Below are positions 29,267-38,120 of a stretch of 64,000 nt of DNA, piece by piece. Under the pieces are notes generated by a model, which was given only the letters and a program-made list of their open reading frames with translations, was not told the origin of the DNA and searched no databases. Within the stretch, counting starts at the first letter, position 1. Each line of letters opens with the position of its first letter. Source of the stretch: an uncultured delta proteobacterium (GTDB taxonomy: Bacteria > Desulfobacterota > Binatia > Binatales > Binataceae). Where the stretch lies: NCBI GenBank assembly GCA_963842085.1, contig CAWJET010000001.1, positions 3,168,001 to 3,232,000 of the forward strand, read 5' to 3'. Made by a program: the position numbers and the translations under genes.

Positions 29267-30212
29267 TGTGCCTTCTCAAAACTTAATCTGCAGTGATTGA
29301 TTGGCGATTTCAAACGCCTGGCGATAGCCTGCCTGCAGGACAATGCCGACCGCCGACGCGCGTAACGAGCCTCGAACTCATACCGATCTGGTCCTGGAAG
29401 CGATTGCGCTGCGCCATCAGATTGCGGTGCTGAAGCGAAGCGGAACCCGCCGCCCCTGTTTCCGTCTTTGGGATCGATTGTTTTGGATCTTTCTGTCGTG
29501 GTGGTGGCCGAACTGGCACGAGAGCCTGCTGATCGTACAACCGGCAACGGTGCAGCGCTGGCGGTGTAATGGCTGGTCAGGGCTCTGGAGATACCGTTCA
29601 CGCGGTCGCTGGCGAGGCGGGCGCCCGAGAGTATCTCGGGAAGTACGTTGCTTGATCACCCGGATGGCCCGCGAGAACTTTCTGTGGGGCGCACCACGGA
29701 TCCACGGCGAGCTTCTCATGCTCGGGTTCCAAGTCTCTCAAGCAACGGTTTCGCGCTACCTGTCGACTTCAGGCCGGAGCACGGGCCAGTCGTGGCGAAC
29801 GTTTATTCGCAATCAGGCGATTGCCTTCAGCGACAAGGACATCACGGAGCACGAATACGGTGCAGAAGACCTGGGTTTGTCGGAGCATTTTGGTGGCGGC
29901 AGACCCATGCACTTTGGTGCAGGGATTGCGAGATTAGAGGCTGCCCCTTGGATCTCGCATGAGCCGATAAGACCTAGGCGGCATGCGGAAGGACTCACCG
30001 AGCGTCCTGGATGGCGCGCACGAGGTGCTCTGGTCCCCGTCCAGCGCTTGGGCTCCCCGTCTGGTCGCACGCTCAATTCTCATCTGAATCCTTTTCTAAC
30101 CGAGGTTCAGATGCGAGGTCCTCCTCATCACGCATGGGCGTCATCCAAGCTGCAGTAACGCTCGAATCGACAGGGTCGGTCTTTTGTGCGGACCAAGTTT
30201 TGAGGAGCGACA
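29267..30212 (+). mobile_element. Defective IS with TGT...ACA ends (rve/integrase-core type)
   Basis: Left end TGTGCCTTCTCAAAACTT versus right-end complement TGTCGCTCCTCAAAACTT (15/18); no target duplication. Confidence 0.75.
29343..30158 (+). pseudogene. Transposase N-terminal half lacking the DDE catalytic domain
   Basis: ALRHQIAVLKR, VQPATV.RW, GRPRVS, WGAPRIHGEL..LGF.VSQATVSRY, W.TF.RN; similarity stops where the catalytic core should begin. Confidence 0.8.
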
Positions 30213-30213
30213 G

Positions 30214-30432
30214 CCCCACCGTAAGTGGCTCACGCAGCAACGGGTTTTCCTTGAGGTACAGCATTCCGAGGCACAGATAGAGGCTGGCGCGCCAGTAGGC
30301 GTCGATGTCGCGCAGCTCGTCCGGGCTGAGCGGCGTCCCTTTGATCGTCGAGCGGGCGGGACCATACGCCGATATCGTAGATGTCTTTTCGTCGTAAGGG
30401 ACGGCCTCCGACTTTCTTGCGACTGTGGTCAT
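30214..30432 (-). pseudogene. 5' fragment of a phosphoketolase, cut at the IS right end
   Basis: [51 protein letters not shown] closely matches the N-terminus of the 39887 protein; SD AAGGAG. Confidence 0.9.
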
Positions 30433-30478
30433 GGCCCGCACCTTCTCCTTTGAGCCCCGTGAAGCGAGGTAAGCACCC

Positions 30479-31651
30479 CTACAGGACAAATTCGGGCTGC
30501 GACGTACCCAACAGATATCCGCCCACCGCCTTTGCGAGCGGATCCGGAGACAGGTAGGCGTGCGCCATCGCCGCCTCGATGTCTTGAAAGCGCTGTTGTA
30601 GCGGGTGATCGACGAACACCGCGCGTCCAGTTGACGCCCGAAACAGATCGTTGATCGCCTGTGCGACCAAGTCGCATCCGTGGTTCATGTTCCAGCGCAC
30701 CTGCGCCTTGAGTTGCATCGGAACCGGCGCGCGGTCCTGCGCCATCTGCCACAATTCCGCTATGTCGGCTCGCAGTTGCCCGATCGTGACGTCGATAAGC
30801 CAGATCGCCTCGGCGAGCCGCCGCTGCATGAGAGCATCGTCGGCCGCCCTTCCGCCCAAGCTCAACTTGCGCTCGCGCGTCTGCGAAATCCACGCATCGA
30901 CGAACCCGCGTGAAGCGCCCAGCATCGAAGCAACCAGCGCCGTGTTAAAGACTACCGACCAGGGTAGCCGATAAAGCGGACCGCTGTTGCGCTCTTGCCC
31001 CGGCAGCGGCGCATTCATCGCGTAATCGATGAGAGACTGAGATCGATAATCAGGTACGAAAGCGCTTTCGACAATGATGTCTTTGCTGCCGGTGCCCTTG
31101 AGTCCGGCAACGTGCCAGTTGTCGTCGATGCGATATTGATCGCCCAACAAGAGAAAAGACCTGAAGTCCGGCACTGGTCTGCCCAGCACCTCGCGCGTGC
31201 CGCAAATCGCTCCCAGCATCACGCCGTGACAATGATCGCATCCGGACGAGAACGACCATCGCCCCGAAAGCTTGTAGCCGCCGGCCACCTTCTCCGCCTT
31301 GCCGGTAGGATTGTAAGACGAGGAGTGCATCAGGGCGGGGTCCTTACCCCACATCTCCTGCTGCGCTCTTTCATCAAAGAGAGCGAGCTGCCAGGGATGT
31401 AGCCCGATTACGCCGGCGATCCATGCAGCGGAAGGCGAAACGCGCGCGAGCTCGATCGTGGCGTCGACAAATTCCATCAGCGGTACTTCGCCGCCGCCCC
31501 ATCGCGCCGGCTGTAGCGATCGCAAAAAGCCGTTGTCCATCAGGATATTCCAAGTGCGATCGCTGAGCCTCCGGAGTGCGTTGTCCTCGGCGGCGGTCTC
31601 GCCAAGCTCCGGCGCGATCCGTCTTGCGGTCTCTACGAGTTCGTTCGTCAT
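30479..31651 (-). CDS. Flavin-dependent aromatic monooxygenase, oxygenase component (HsaA-like, acyl-CoA dehydrogenase fold)
   Basis: LQPARWGG, GRWSFSSGCDH, WHVAGLKGTGS, LQQRFQD. Confidence 0.88.
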   Translation of the reverse strand: MTNELVETARRIAPELGETAAEDNALRRLSDRTWNILMDNGFLRSLQPARWGGGEVPLMEFVDATIELARVSPSAAWIAGVIGLHPWQLALFDERAQQEMWGKDPALMHSSSYNPTGKAEKVAGGYKLSGRWSFSSGCDHCHGVMLGAICGTREVLGRPVPDFRSFLLLGDQYRIDDNWHVAGLKGTGSKDIIVESAFVPDYRSQSLIDYAMNAPLPGQERNSGPLYRLPWSVVFNTALVASMLGASRGFVDAWISQTRERKLSLGGRAADDALMQRRLAEAIWLIDVTIGQLRADIAELWQMAQDRAPVPMQLKAQVRWNMNHGCDLVAQAINDLFRASTGRAVFVDHPLQQRFQDIEAAMAHAYLSPDPLAKAVGGYLLGTSQPEFVL

Positions 31652-31657
31652 TGACTA

Positions 31658-32542
31658 TTACCTCCAGGATGAAGCGGCTTGGCTGGCACGCTCAGGCTGC
31701 ATTTCAGCCTCGATGGATCCGATGCGGTCTATCTCGACACGCACCTTGTCGCCTGCCTTGAGCCACTGCGGCGGCTGCATCGCAAGCCCGACGCCACCTG
31801 GAGTTCCCGTAAAGATTATGTCGCCGGGTTCCAGCGTCATGGCGCGGCTCAGGTGCGCGATCTGATCGTACACGTTGAACACGAGGTTCTGGGTATTCGA
31901 ATTCTGGCGCCGCTCGCCATTGACGAAACATCGGATGCCCATCGTGTGGGGATCGCCAATCTCCCCCGCGGTAACAATCCAGGGGCCGATCGGCGCGTGC
32001 GTATCGAACGACTTGCCCAGCACCCATTGCGTGGTCTGCATCTGCCAGTCGCGCACCGATACGTCGTTGCCGGCGCAATAGCCGAATACAACATCGGCTG
32101 CGCTCTCCTTCGGAACGTGCTTGCAGCGCTTGCCGACAATCACCACCAGCTCCGCCTCGTAATCAACCTGCGCGGAAGCAATCGGTAGCTCGATGGGATC
32201 AAACGGTCCGTTGATCGAGGTCACCGCCTTGGTGAACCAGATTTGATGCGGCGGCATCTTTTGACCTGTCTCTCTGATGTGGTCCGCGTAGTTGAGACCG
32301 ATCGCCATGATCTTGCCGGGTCGCGCTACCGGGGCGAGCAGCCGCACGTTTGCCAAAGCTGCATCCGGCGCACTGTCTGAAACGATCTTCTCCAGTTGGG
32401 GCTTAGCTTGGCTCCACTGTTGGATGAGCTCGATTGCTTTGTCGGACAGAGAAGGGAATCGGCGGGTTAGATCGATGACGCCGTCGCCTTTAACTGCTCC
32501 GAGTTTGACGCCGGTTTCATCCTTGTATCTGGCTATCTTCAT
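31658..32542 (-). CDS. Fumarylacetoacetate hydrolase family protein
   Basis: GLNYADH, DYEAEL, NDVSVRDWQ, GKSFDT, FTGTPGGVG. Confidence 0.93.
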   Translation of the reverse strand: MKIARYKDETGVKLGAVKGDGVIDLTRRFPSLSDKAIELIQQWSQAKPQLEKIVSDSAPDAALANVRLLAPVARPGKIMAIGLNYADHIRETGQKMPPHQIWFTKAVTSINGPFDPIELPIASAQVDYEAELVVIVGKRCKHVPKESAADVVFGYCAGNDVSVRDWQMQTTQWVLGKSFDTHAPIGPWIVTAGEIGDPHTMGIRCFVNGERRQNSNTQNLVFNVYDQIAHLSRAMTLEPGDIIFTGTPGGVGLAMQPPQWLKAGDKVRVEIDRIGSIEAEMQPERASQAASSWR

Positions 32543-32551
32543 GATAGCTCC

Positions 32552-33478
32552 TTATGATCCCATAGTGCTGGGAGCCATCGACCCCCATTGGGTACCGACC
32601 ACTTCCTGAATTGAGGAAACGCGCGAGCCCCACGCCGCGTCGAGCAGATCGCCATCGGTCCAATGCTCCAGCGTGTGTCCCCAAGGGTCACGCCAATAAT
32701 CGAAGATTTGGCTCCCAAGCAGATGGCGCCCGACGCCCCATTCGTGACGGCGTCCCTTCTGTTTGAGCCAGTCATGACCGCACATCAGATCGTCGAAATC
32801 CGCTACTTCAAAAGCGGCATGATTGAATCCGGGCTTGCCGGTTCCCAGCAGAAACATTGTGTGATGGTCGCTCGGGATCGGGCCGCGATCGCATCGCAGG
32901 AATGCGCCGAGTGCCTGCTCGGGAGATCCGAGATTGATTTCGTCGGAAGTAATCAGCCCTAAGCGCGACTTGTACCAGGCTTCCGACTCGCGGAAGTTCT
33001 TCACATTAAGCACGCAATGGCCGAGACGCTTCACATGCGAGGGTCCTTTTGCGAGGCGCTTGAGCGCGTTGAGCCGTGGCGTTGCATAGGCGTCGTTGAG
33101 GGGAGCTCGCGCAGGTGGCTCGATTCGCGCAGCCGGTGCACGTGCCGCGACTACTTCTATTTGGAAGCCGTTGGGATCCGTTAGCTTTAGTAGAGCACCG
33201 CCGCCGGGACCATCCAGACGATCGAGCGACGCATTTTCTTCTCGCGCGAGCGCTTCGAGGTCTTGCATTGATACGGCTTCGAATCCAGCTGCGACAAATC
33301 GCGGCTCGCCCTTGTGCGTCACATGAAGAAATGCATCTCCGTCGAGGCCGCGCATGTAAAGCGTGTCACCAGTTCGGTCTGCACGGACCATCCCGAACTC
33401 GGTTAGAAAAGCTTCCATCTGGTCCAGGTCCGGTGCGCTGAATCTTACGTATGCGATATCTTGAATCTTGATTCCCAT
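32552..33478 (-). CDS. VOC-family extradiol ring-cleavage dioxygenase
   Basis: RLGHCV, DHH, NHAAFE, WGVGRHLLGSQIFDYWRDP.G..LEH. Confidence 0.85.
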   Translation of the reverse strand: MGIKIQDIAYVRFSAPDLDQMEAFLTEFGMVRADRTGDTLYMRGLDGDAFLHVTHKGEPRFVAAGFEAVSMQDLEALAREENASLDRLDGPGGGALLKLTDPNGFQIEVVAARAPAARIEPPARAPLNDAYATPRLNALKRLAKGPSHVKRLGHCVLNVKNFRESEAWYKSRLGLITSDEINLGSPEQALGAFLRCDRGPIPSDHHTMFLLGTGKPGFNHAAFEVADFDDLMCGHDWLKQKGRRHEWGVGRHLLGSQIFDYWRDPWGHTLEHWTDGDLLDAAWGSRVSSIQEVVGTQWGSMAPSTMGS

Positions 33479-33488
33479 GAAGTACTCC

Positions 33489-34157
33489 TTACTCCCGTGG
33501 GAGAATTGCTTCGATCGCGTCACGCATGATGCGCTCCGCCTCCGCGCGTTTGAGGCCAAGCCCATGAAGCAGAATTGTGCCAAGTCCCTGTACGAATTCG
33601 CGTACACGGCCCGCCGGTAGGTCGAGCGCGCGGTTCAATCCGGCCGTGAAAACGCCCATTACGCACGCGACCACGGCATCCTCGGAGGTCGCGACGATCC
33701 GGCCTTGAGTCATGCCTTCCGCGGCATCGCGACGTACGCCGGAGTTGATGGGCGCCGCCGGATCGGTCGCGCGCGGGAAGAGCCGCATCATCGCGGTAGC
33801 CTGCTGCGGTACGCTGATGCCGAGTTGTAGCAGGCTCAGGAATGCACGTGCGATTCGCTCCGGAGGATCGATGACTCCCTCGTTCACGCGCGCGATCTCA
33901 CCTTCAATCCGCGCACGCGACTGCGATGCGAGTTCGCGTTCGAGGGCTTCCTTGTCGGCGAAGTAGTTGTAGAAGGTTCCATGGGCCACGTCCGCGCGCT
34001 CTACGATTTCGTCGACGCCCAGCGCATCCATGCTGCGTGACACGAGCAGCGACCGCGCTGCGTCCAACAGAGCGTCGCGAGTCGCAAGCTTGCGCCTCTC
34101 GCGGCGGTTGGACAACGCCGGCGGTTTTGCATGGCGAACTTGGCCTTCTTCTCTCAT
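33489..34157 (-). CDS. TetR/AcrR-family regulator
   Basis: RRERRKLATR..LL.AA; I.E.ADVA.GTFYNYF..K. Confidence 0.93.
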   Translation of the reverse strand: MREEGQVRHAKPPALSNRRERRKLATRDALLDAARSLLVSRSMDALGVDEIVERADVAHGTFYNYFADKEALERELASQSRARIEGEIARVNEGVIDPPERIARAFLSLLQLGISVPQQATAMMRLFPRATDPAAPINSGVRRDAAEGMTQGRIVATSEDAVVACVMGVFTAGLNRALDLPAGRVREFVQGLGTILLHGLGLKRAEAERIMRDAIEAILPRE

Positions 34158-34299
34158 GTGTCTTCACTGACTATCTTGCTCATAGTTGACATTAACGTCA
34201 TATTTAGACACGATTGTCAAGAGGGTGGCTCGGAGTAAAGATGGTAACTATCGGTCGGTCAGAGGATCGAATTCGATGGGAAGCCGATTGATCATCGTA
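34146..34299 (+). repeat. ~153-bp direct repeat, copy 1 (TetR promoter/operator region)
   Basis: Colinear with 58687-58838; TTGACA-N17-CACGAT overlapped by TGAC-N6-GTCA and AGAC-N6-GTCA. Confidence 0.88.
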
Positions 34300-34382
34300 C
34301 CGGAATGGCGGGAAATCCTTCATGGTCGCACTGAAGTCGTCCTCTACTTTCGCGACCTTCTTCGAACCCGCAGACCGAATAA

Positions 34383-34444
34383 GAACCCCTTCTACACCAA
34401 ATCGGGACCGCAAGATAACGACTCTTGAGGTGGATTACCTTAAC
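34383..34444 (+). promoter_or_regulatory. 62-bp conserved upstream motif, copy 1
   Basis: gaaccccttctacaccaaatcgggaccgcaagataacgactcttgaggtggattaccttaac. Confidence 0.8.
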
Positions 34445-34756
34445 TTCCCTACCATGCAAGGAGACAAACAACTGTCGTGCAACCACTTCGCTACGTCGGC
34501 TCTGCGTATGAAACTATACCGGGAGCGAAAGACGGTTCGTGCGTTGCAGGCAGCGCGTGAACTCATGCGCGGAGAGCCGGACTATGAACGGCTTTTCGCG
34601 CGAATCTGGCAAACCTCGCTCGCCCAAAGCGAGGTTGTCAGAGGCGAGACGGCGGCCGTTGCCCTCCCCCCGACGGCCGCCGTCAAAGCCAGAGTTTCGC
34701 GCTTGCTTAACCAGGCGCAAGCGCTGAACTTCAGTAGGCCAAAGAGGAGAAGTGAG

Positions 34757-34942
34757 ATGAGAGCAACTCCGCAAGGAATGGTCCGCGATCCTCGGACCGG
34801 CGAAGTGCACATGCCACACAAGGCGCTCTCAATTATACGGACCATGGAGAATCTCGACCGCACGCTGATCAAAATAAAATGGCAGGCGGGCGCTGAATCG
34901 GTTCTCCTTCCCGACGACATCGATTGGTATGAAGGCAGGTGA
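34757..34942 (+). CDS. Small hypothetical protein (61 aa)
   Basis: SD GAGGAG before ATG; MRATPQGMVRDPRTGEV... Confidence 0.55.
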   Translation: MRATPQGMVRDPRTGEVHMPHKALSIIRTMENLDRTLIKIKWQAGAESVLLPDDIDWYEGR

Positions 34943-34946
34943 GCCA

Positions 34947-35444
34947 ATGGCGAATACTATTCCCCAATTCAAGGTGACAGATCCGGCCGATTACGAGCTC
35001 TCATTTCGATCCGACGCCGTTCTGCCCGCGCAGTTCTTTCACGAGCGGCAAGGCGGCGGAGCGCTCAAGCCATTCTCGCGCCTTATGCACGCAATTCTGA
35101 TCGATGCAGTGCGATGCTATCAGATGAATTTCGACGCTCGCCGCCCGTCGAAGAAGCAGCAATTTTCGGAAGCCCGGGGCTGGCTTTTTCATGACGAGGA
35201 CAGTGGACCTTTCTCGTTCCGTAAGGTGTGCGACGCGTTGGAAATCGATCCGGATCATGTCCGCCGTGGTCTCATTAGTTGGAAGGTAAAAGGACTCGCT
35301 GGCGAAAAGGTAGCTGCGATCAGGCGTTCGCCAGTCCCTATAGCTGGCCGCATTTCCCAACCACGGTCCGGCGAGCCACGCCCCGACCTCGTCCGCCAAT
35401 CGGGCGAGAAACGCAACGGTCAAGACTCAATTGAACCAGATTAG
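34947..35444 (+). CDS. Hypothetical protein, paralog of 57731-58186
   Basis: RLM.AIL.DAV..YQ...F.EA..WLF....FSF..VCD.L.IDP.H.R..L..W shared with the paralog. Confidence 0.8.
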   Translation: MANTIPQFKVTDPADYELSFRSDAVLPAQFFHERQGGGALKPFSRLMHAILIDAVRCYQMNFDARRPSKKQQFSEARGWLFHDEDSGPFSFRKVCDALEIDPDHVRRGLISWKVKGLAGEKVAAIRRSPVPIAGRISQPRSGEPRPDLVRQSGEKRNGQDSIEPD

Positions 35445-35916
35445 GTTTACAGGGCTAGCGCTCGCCGCGATCGCACTTGCGGGATGCTCCGACCAGACTC
35501 TTACGGCGAGCCGCGAACAGCCGCGCTGCGAGCTTATGGTTTCGGATATCTGCTCAATGGCTATGCAGACGCGGATGCTTGAAGGAGTGGTGAATGCCAG
35601 CGATACCTCGAAACCCGACGAAGCACATCTGGAGGCATTCGTAATCCCGCTGTTACTCGCAAACGGACGCCCCGCCGCGATAGTTGACTGCTACGTAAAC
35701 ACCAATATGCACATGTTTTCGTTAGTTCATTCTGAGCTCTCAATTCCCGCTCGATCGAAAGACGCGATTGACTATCTTCGCAATCAGCACTTATGTGCCG
35801 ACCAGGGATCCTATCCGGAGGACAAGCACACTCGCTTCGAGACGGCGTCAAGATTTCCATCTTCTAGAGGCCCAGCCGTAGCGGGTGTCTTAGATGAGAG
35901 ACGTTACTCACAGTGA
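35431..35916 (+). CDS. Putative lipoprotein
   Basis: TTG start, lipobox LAGC, four further Cys. Confidence 0.65.
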   Translation: MNQIRFTGLALAAIALAGCSDQTLTASREQPRCELMVSDICSMAMQTRMLEGVVNASDTSKPDEAHLEAFVIPLLLANGRPAAIVDCYVNTNMHMFSLVHSELSIPARSKDAIDYLRNQHLCADQGSYPEDKHTRFETASRFPSSRGPAVAGVLDERRYSQ

Positions 35917-35956
35917 ACCGACGCGCATACTCGTCCCGTCGAAACCCGGACCCGGA

Positions 35957-36799
35957 ATGGTAGTTCTTATGTTCAGCAACCGAAACTCCCGATCTCAGCT
36001 GGCACTACTTGCCCTGGCTATCTTGCTGCTCCTGCTGCTGCGGATTGGGGGTAACGCAATCGCGGGCGGAACTGAGGAACAAGTTTGTGATGTCGGCGCG
36101 GACTATTCCCTCGCGGTCGAAGACTATGCAGAGACGATTCGTCGTCACGTCGAAGCCCTGCGAGAGCATCCGGACAACGCGCTCGCCCATTATCATCTGG
36201 GATTTGCCCTGGGGATGCTTGGCGAAAGGATGGCGGAGATCAAAGAATATCAGCGAGCCGCAGCGCTTGGGTTGAGAAATTGGGACTTATTCCTGAACTT
36301 GGGGCTGGCTCAGCTCGAGAATGGCGACCTCGACGCAGCGGCGGACAGTCTGCGAAGGGCGGTTCTCCTCGGTGAAAAACACTCTGAATCACATTTCAAC
36401 CTCGCGCTCGTAGATCAGCGGCGTGGAATGCTGGCGGATGCGGAGCAAGAAACACTCGCGTCGCTGCAGTTGAATCCCAGGCAAGCGGACGCGCGCAACC
36501 TCCTGGGCGTGATCTACGCCCAGGAGGGAAAGACTGTCCGCGCGTCGCTGGTGTGGCGTCAGCTCGTGCGCGACGTGCCGGACTATGAGCCAGCGCGCAC
36601 TAATCTGACAATTCTGGGCAGCCAAAAAGAGGTTGCTCTTGGCGAGGCGGCGGCCGTTGCCCTCCCCACCCCAGCGGCCCCCGTCAAAGCCCAAAAAAAT
36701 GAGCACAAAACGACACTCGCGGACATGCAAAATACGCCTGAGCCCGAGATCCGCGAGACAACCGGAGGTGAAAACCGTGGGCGCATTAGTTCAAATTGA
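35957..36799 (+). CDS. Exported TPR-repeat protein
   Basis: Hydrophobic signal; HPDNALAHYHLG, NLGLA, HFNLAL, ARNLLGVIYA; start uncertain. Confidence 0.85.
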   Translation: MVVLMFSNRNSRSQLALLALAILLLLLLRIGGNAIAGGTEEQVCDVGADYSLAVEDYAETIRRHVEALREHPDNALAHYHLGFALGMLGERMAEIKEYQRAAALGLRNWDLFLNLGLAQLENGDLDAAADSLRRAVLLGEKHSESHFNLALVDQRRGMLADAEQETLASLQLNPRQADARNLLGVIYAQEGKTVRASLVWRQLVRDVPDYEPARTNLTILGSQKEVALGEAAAVALPTPAAPVKAQKNEHKTTLADMQNTPEPEIRETTGGENRGRISSN

Positions 36800-37115
36800 G
36801 TCCTCGCGCTTCGCATCACTCAAGGCGATCGTAGTGCCGCCACGACCTTGGATCGTGCCGGTTAGCCCGGTTCACGTTCGCGAACCACGTGAGTTTCCTG
36901 AGGCGTCCATACCTCCAGCGCTTCCTATGACAATCCGCGACGAAATGCTGGAATTTTACGCGTTCGTATTCTGTCAGGGCGGCTTTCGCCAAGTGGGTAT
37001 GACCTTCGAACAATTCCTGCTTGTCGCCGCTGCAATCAAGCCGGCGGATCTGCCGGCGACCCGAGAGGAAACACGGACTCGGACGTTTGAACTCATCCCA
37101 CTCGATGCCGCATGA
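36777..37115 (+). CDS. Hypothetical protein
   Basis: SD GGAGGTG before GTG; TIRDEMLEFYAFVFCQGGF...MTFEQFL. Confidence 0.6.
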   Translation: MGALVQIESSRFASLKAIVVPPRPWIVPVSPVHVREPREFPEASIPPALPMTIRDEMLEFYAFVFCQGGFRQVGMTFEQFLLVAAAIKPADLPATREETRTRTFELIPLDAA

Positions 37116-37138
37116 GCCGACTATAGGAAATTCCTACG

Positions 37139-37630
37139 ATGAGCACTGGACTGCACAGCTTCAACAACGGCTCCAGCAGCAGAGGCGGCGTTGCTTGTTC
37201 TGAGCGATGCGAGTTGTCCAGGATACAGACAGCCGCACTCTACGCGATGCTATATTGGACGGCGATTGCATTGGGTATCTGGGCAGGATTGAAGGTATCG
37301 GCCCGGCCTGCGCACAGCATTACATCTGTTGTGCGCCGAACCGGACCGCTTTCATGCCGCAGTGTGAGAGAGATCGTCGCTGGGGCTCCTGTGCCGGCCG
37401 ATTACATACCGATCGGCCTTCTTGAAATCGACGACAGTTGCTTCGCCATCCTTGCTAAGCAAGCTGGGCCTTTGCCCGGGAAGGACACAGTGTCGGGCGG
37501 CGGCTCTGCAGACGTGTTTGATCGCCAAGGGCATCTGGTCCGGCGCTACATCGCCACCGAGCATACCAACAACTCATGGGAACTCACGGAACTGATAGCA
37601 CTACCGTCCGCAAGCGCGACCGGACTATAG
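37139..37630 (+). CDS. Hypothetical membrane-anchored protein
   Basis: 163-aa ORF with one TM segment, inside a same-strand ORF run. Confidence 0.55.
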   Translation: MSTGLHSFNNGSSSRGGVACSERCELSRIQTAALYAMLYWTAIALGIWAGLKVSARPAHSITSVVRRTGPLSCRSVREIVAGAPVPADYIPIGLLEIDDSCFAILAKQAGPLPGKDTVSGGGSADVFDRQGHLVRRYIATEHTNNSWELTELIALPSASATGL

Positions 37631-37643
37631 GAGCTTCCTTACT

Positions 37644-37916
37644 ATGAGCACCGAACTTCTCAATTTCAAGAGCGGCTCCAGAGTATGGGTGTGGGATTCG
37701 ACTTGGTTGCCAGCGATCGTCGTTCACCGTGCCCAGACCGATTGCTTGTTGGTCAGGCTCGCGCATGGAGTTACTTTCAGCGTACCCCCTGCCGTTCTCC
37801 GGCCGCGCGACCCCGCTTGCCGAGGCGGCGACGTCCCTTCAGCAGATACGCGTCACTGGATCACAATTGGACACCAACAAAGAGGAGCTAAAGAACATGA
37901 ACCGCGAAGAGTGTAG
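37644..37916 (+). CDS. Small hypothetical protein (possible SH3-like barrel)
   Basis: SD AGGAG; G.RVWVW...W.PA.VV....LLVRL pattern. Confidence 0.5.
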   Translation: MSTELLNFKSGSRVWVWDSTWLPAIVVHRAQTDCLLVRLAHGVTFSVPPAVLRPRDPACRGGDVPSADTRHWITIGHQQRGAKEHEPRRV

Positions 37917-38094
37917 AGAAATCCTATCCTTGGCACGCTTTGACTATCGCTACTTTCGGCGGCATCGTCGTTCGTTGCTGGCAGTGTTCCAAGCTTTGCA
38001 CCGAATACCGGGAACCATCTCAGAGATCCAACGGCGCAGAGTCTTAGCGGTCGAAGTAGGAGCGACAAGCGTAGAATCACGACCAAGGCTTTAG
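37897..38094 (+). CDS. Small hypothetical protein
   Basis: SD AGAGGAG before ATG 37897. Confidence 0.45.
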   Translation: MNREECREILSLARFDYRYFRRHRRSLLAVFQALHRIPGTISEIQRRRVLAVEVGATSVESRPRL

Positions 38095-38120
38095 TGTCCT
38101 GAGTCCTTGAATTCCTTATT

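Noticed and set aside
34361-34370. GGGTTCGAA on the minus strand as a further att core
   Set aside because: Only 9 bp, with no flanking similarity to the tRNA or element end
34322-34942. 206-aa ORF as a single gene
   Set aside because: It reads through the non-coding motif and a TPR-gene remnant; only the SD-led 34757-34942 part looks like a gene
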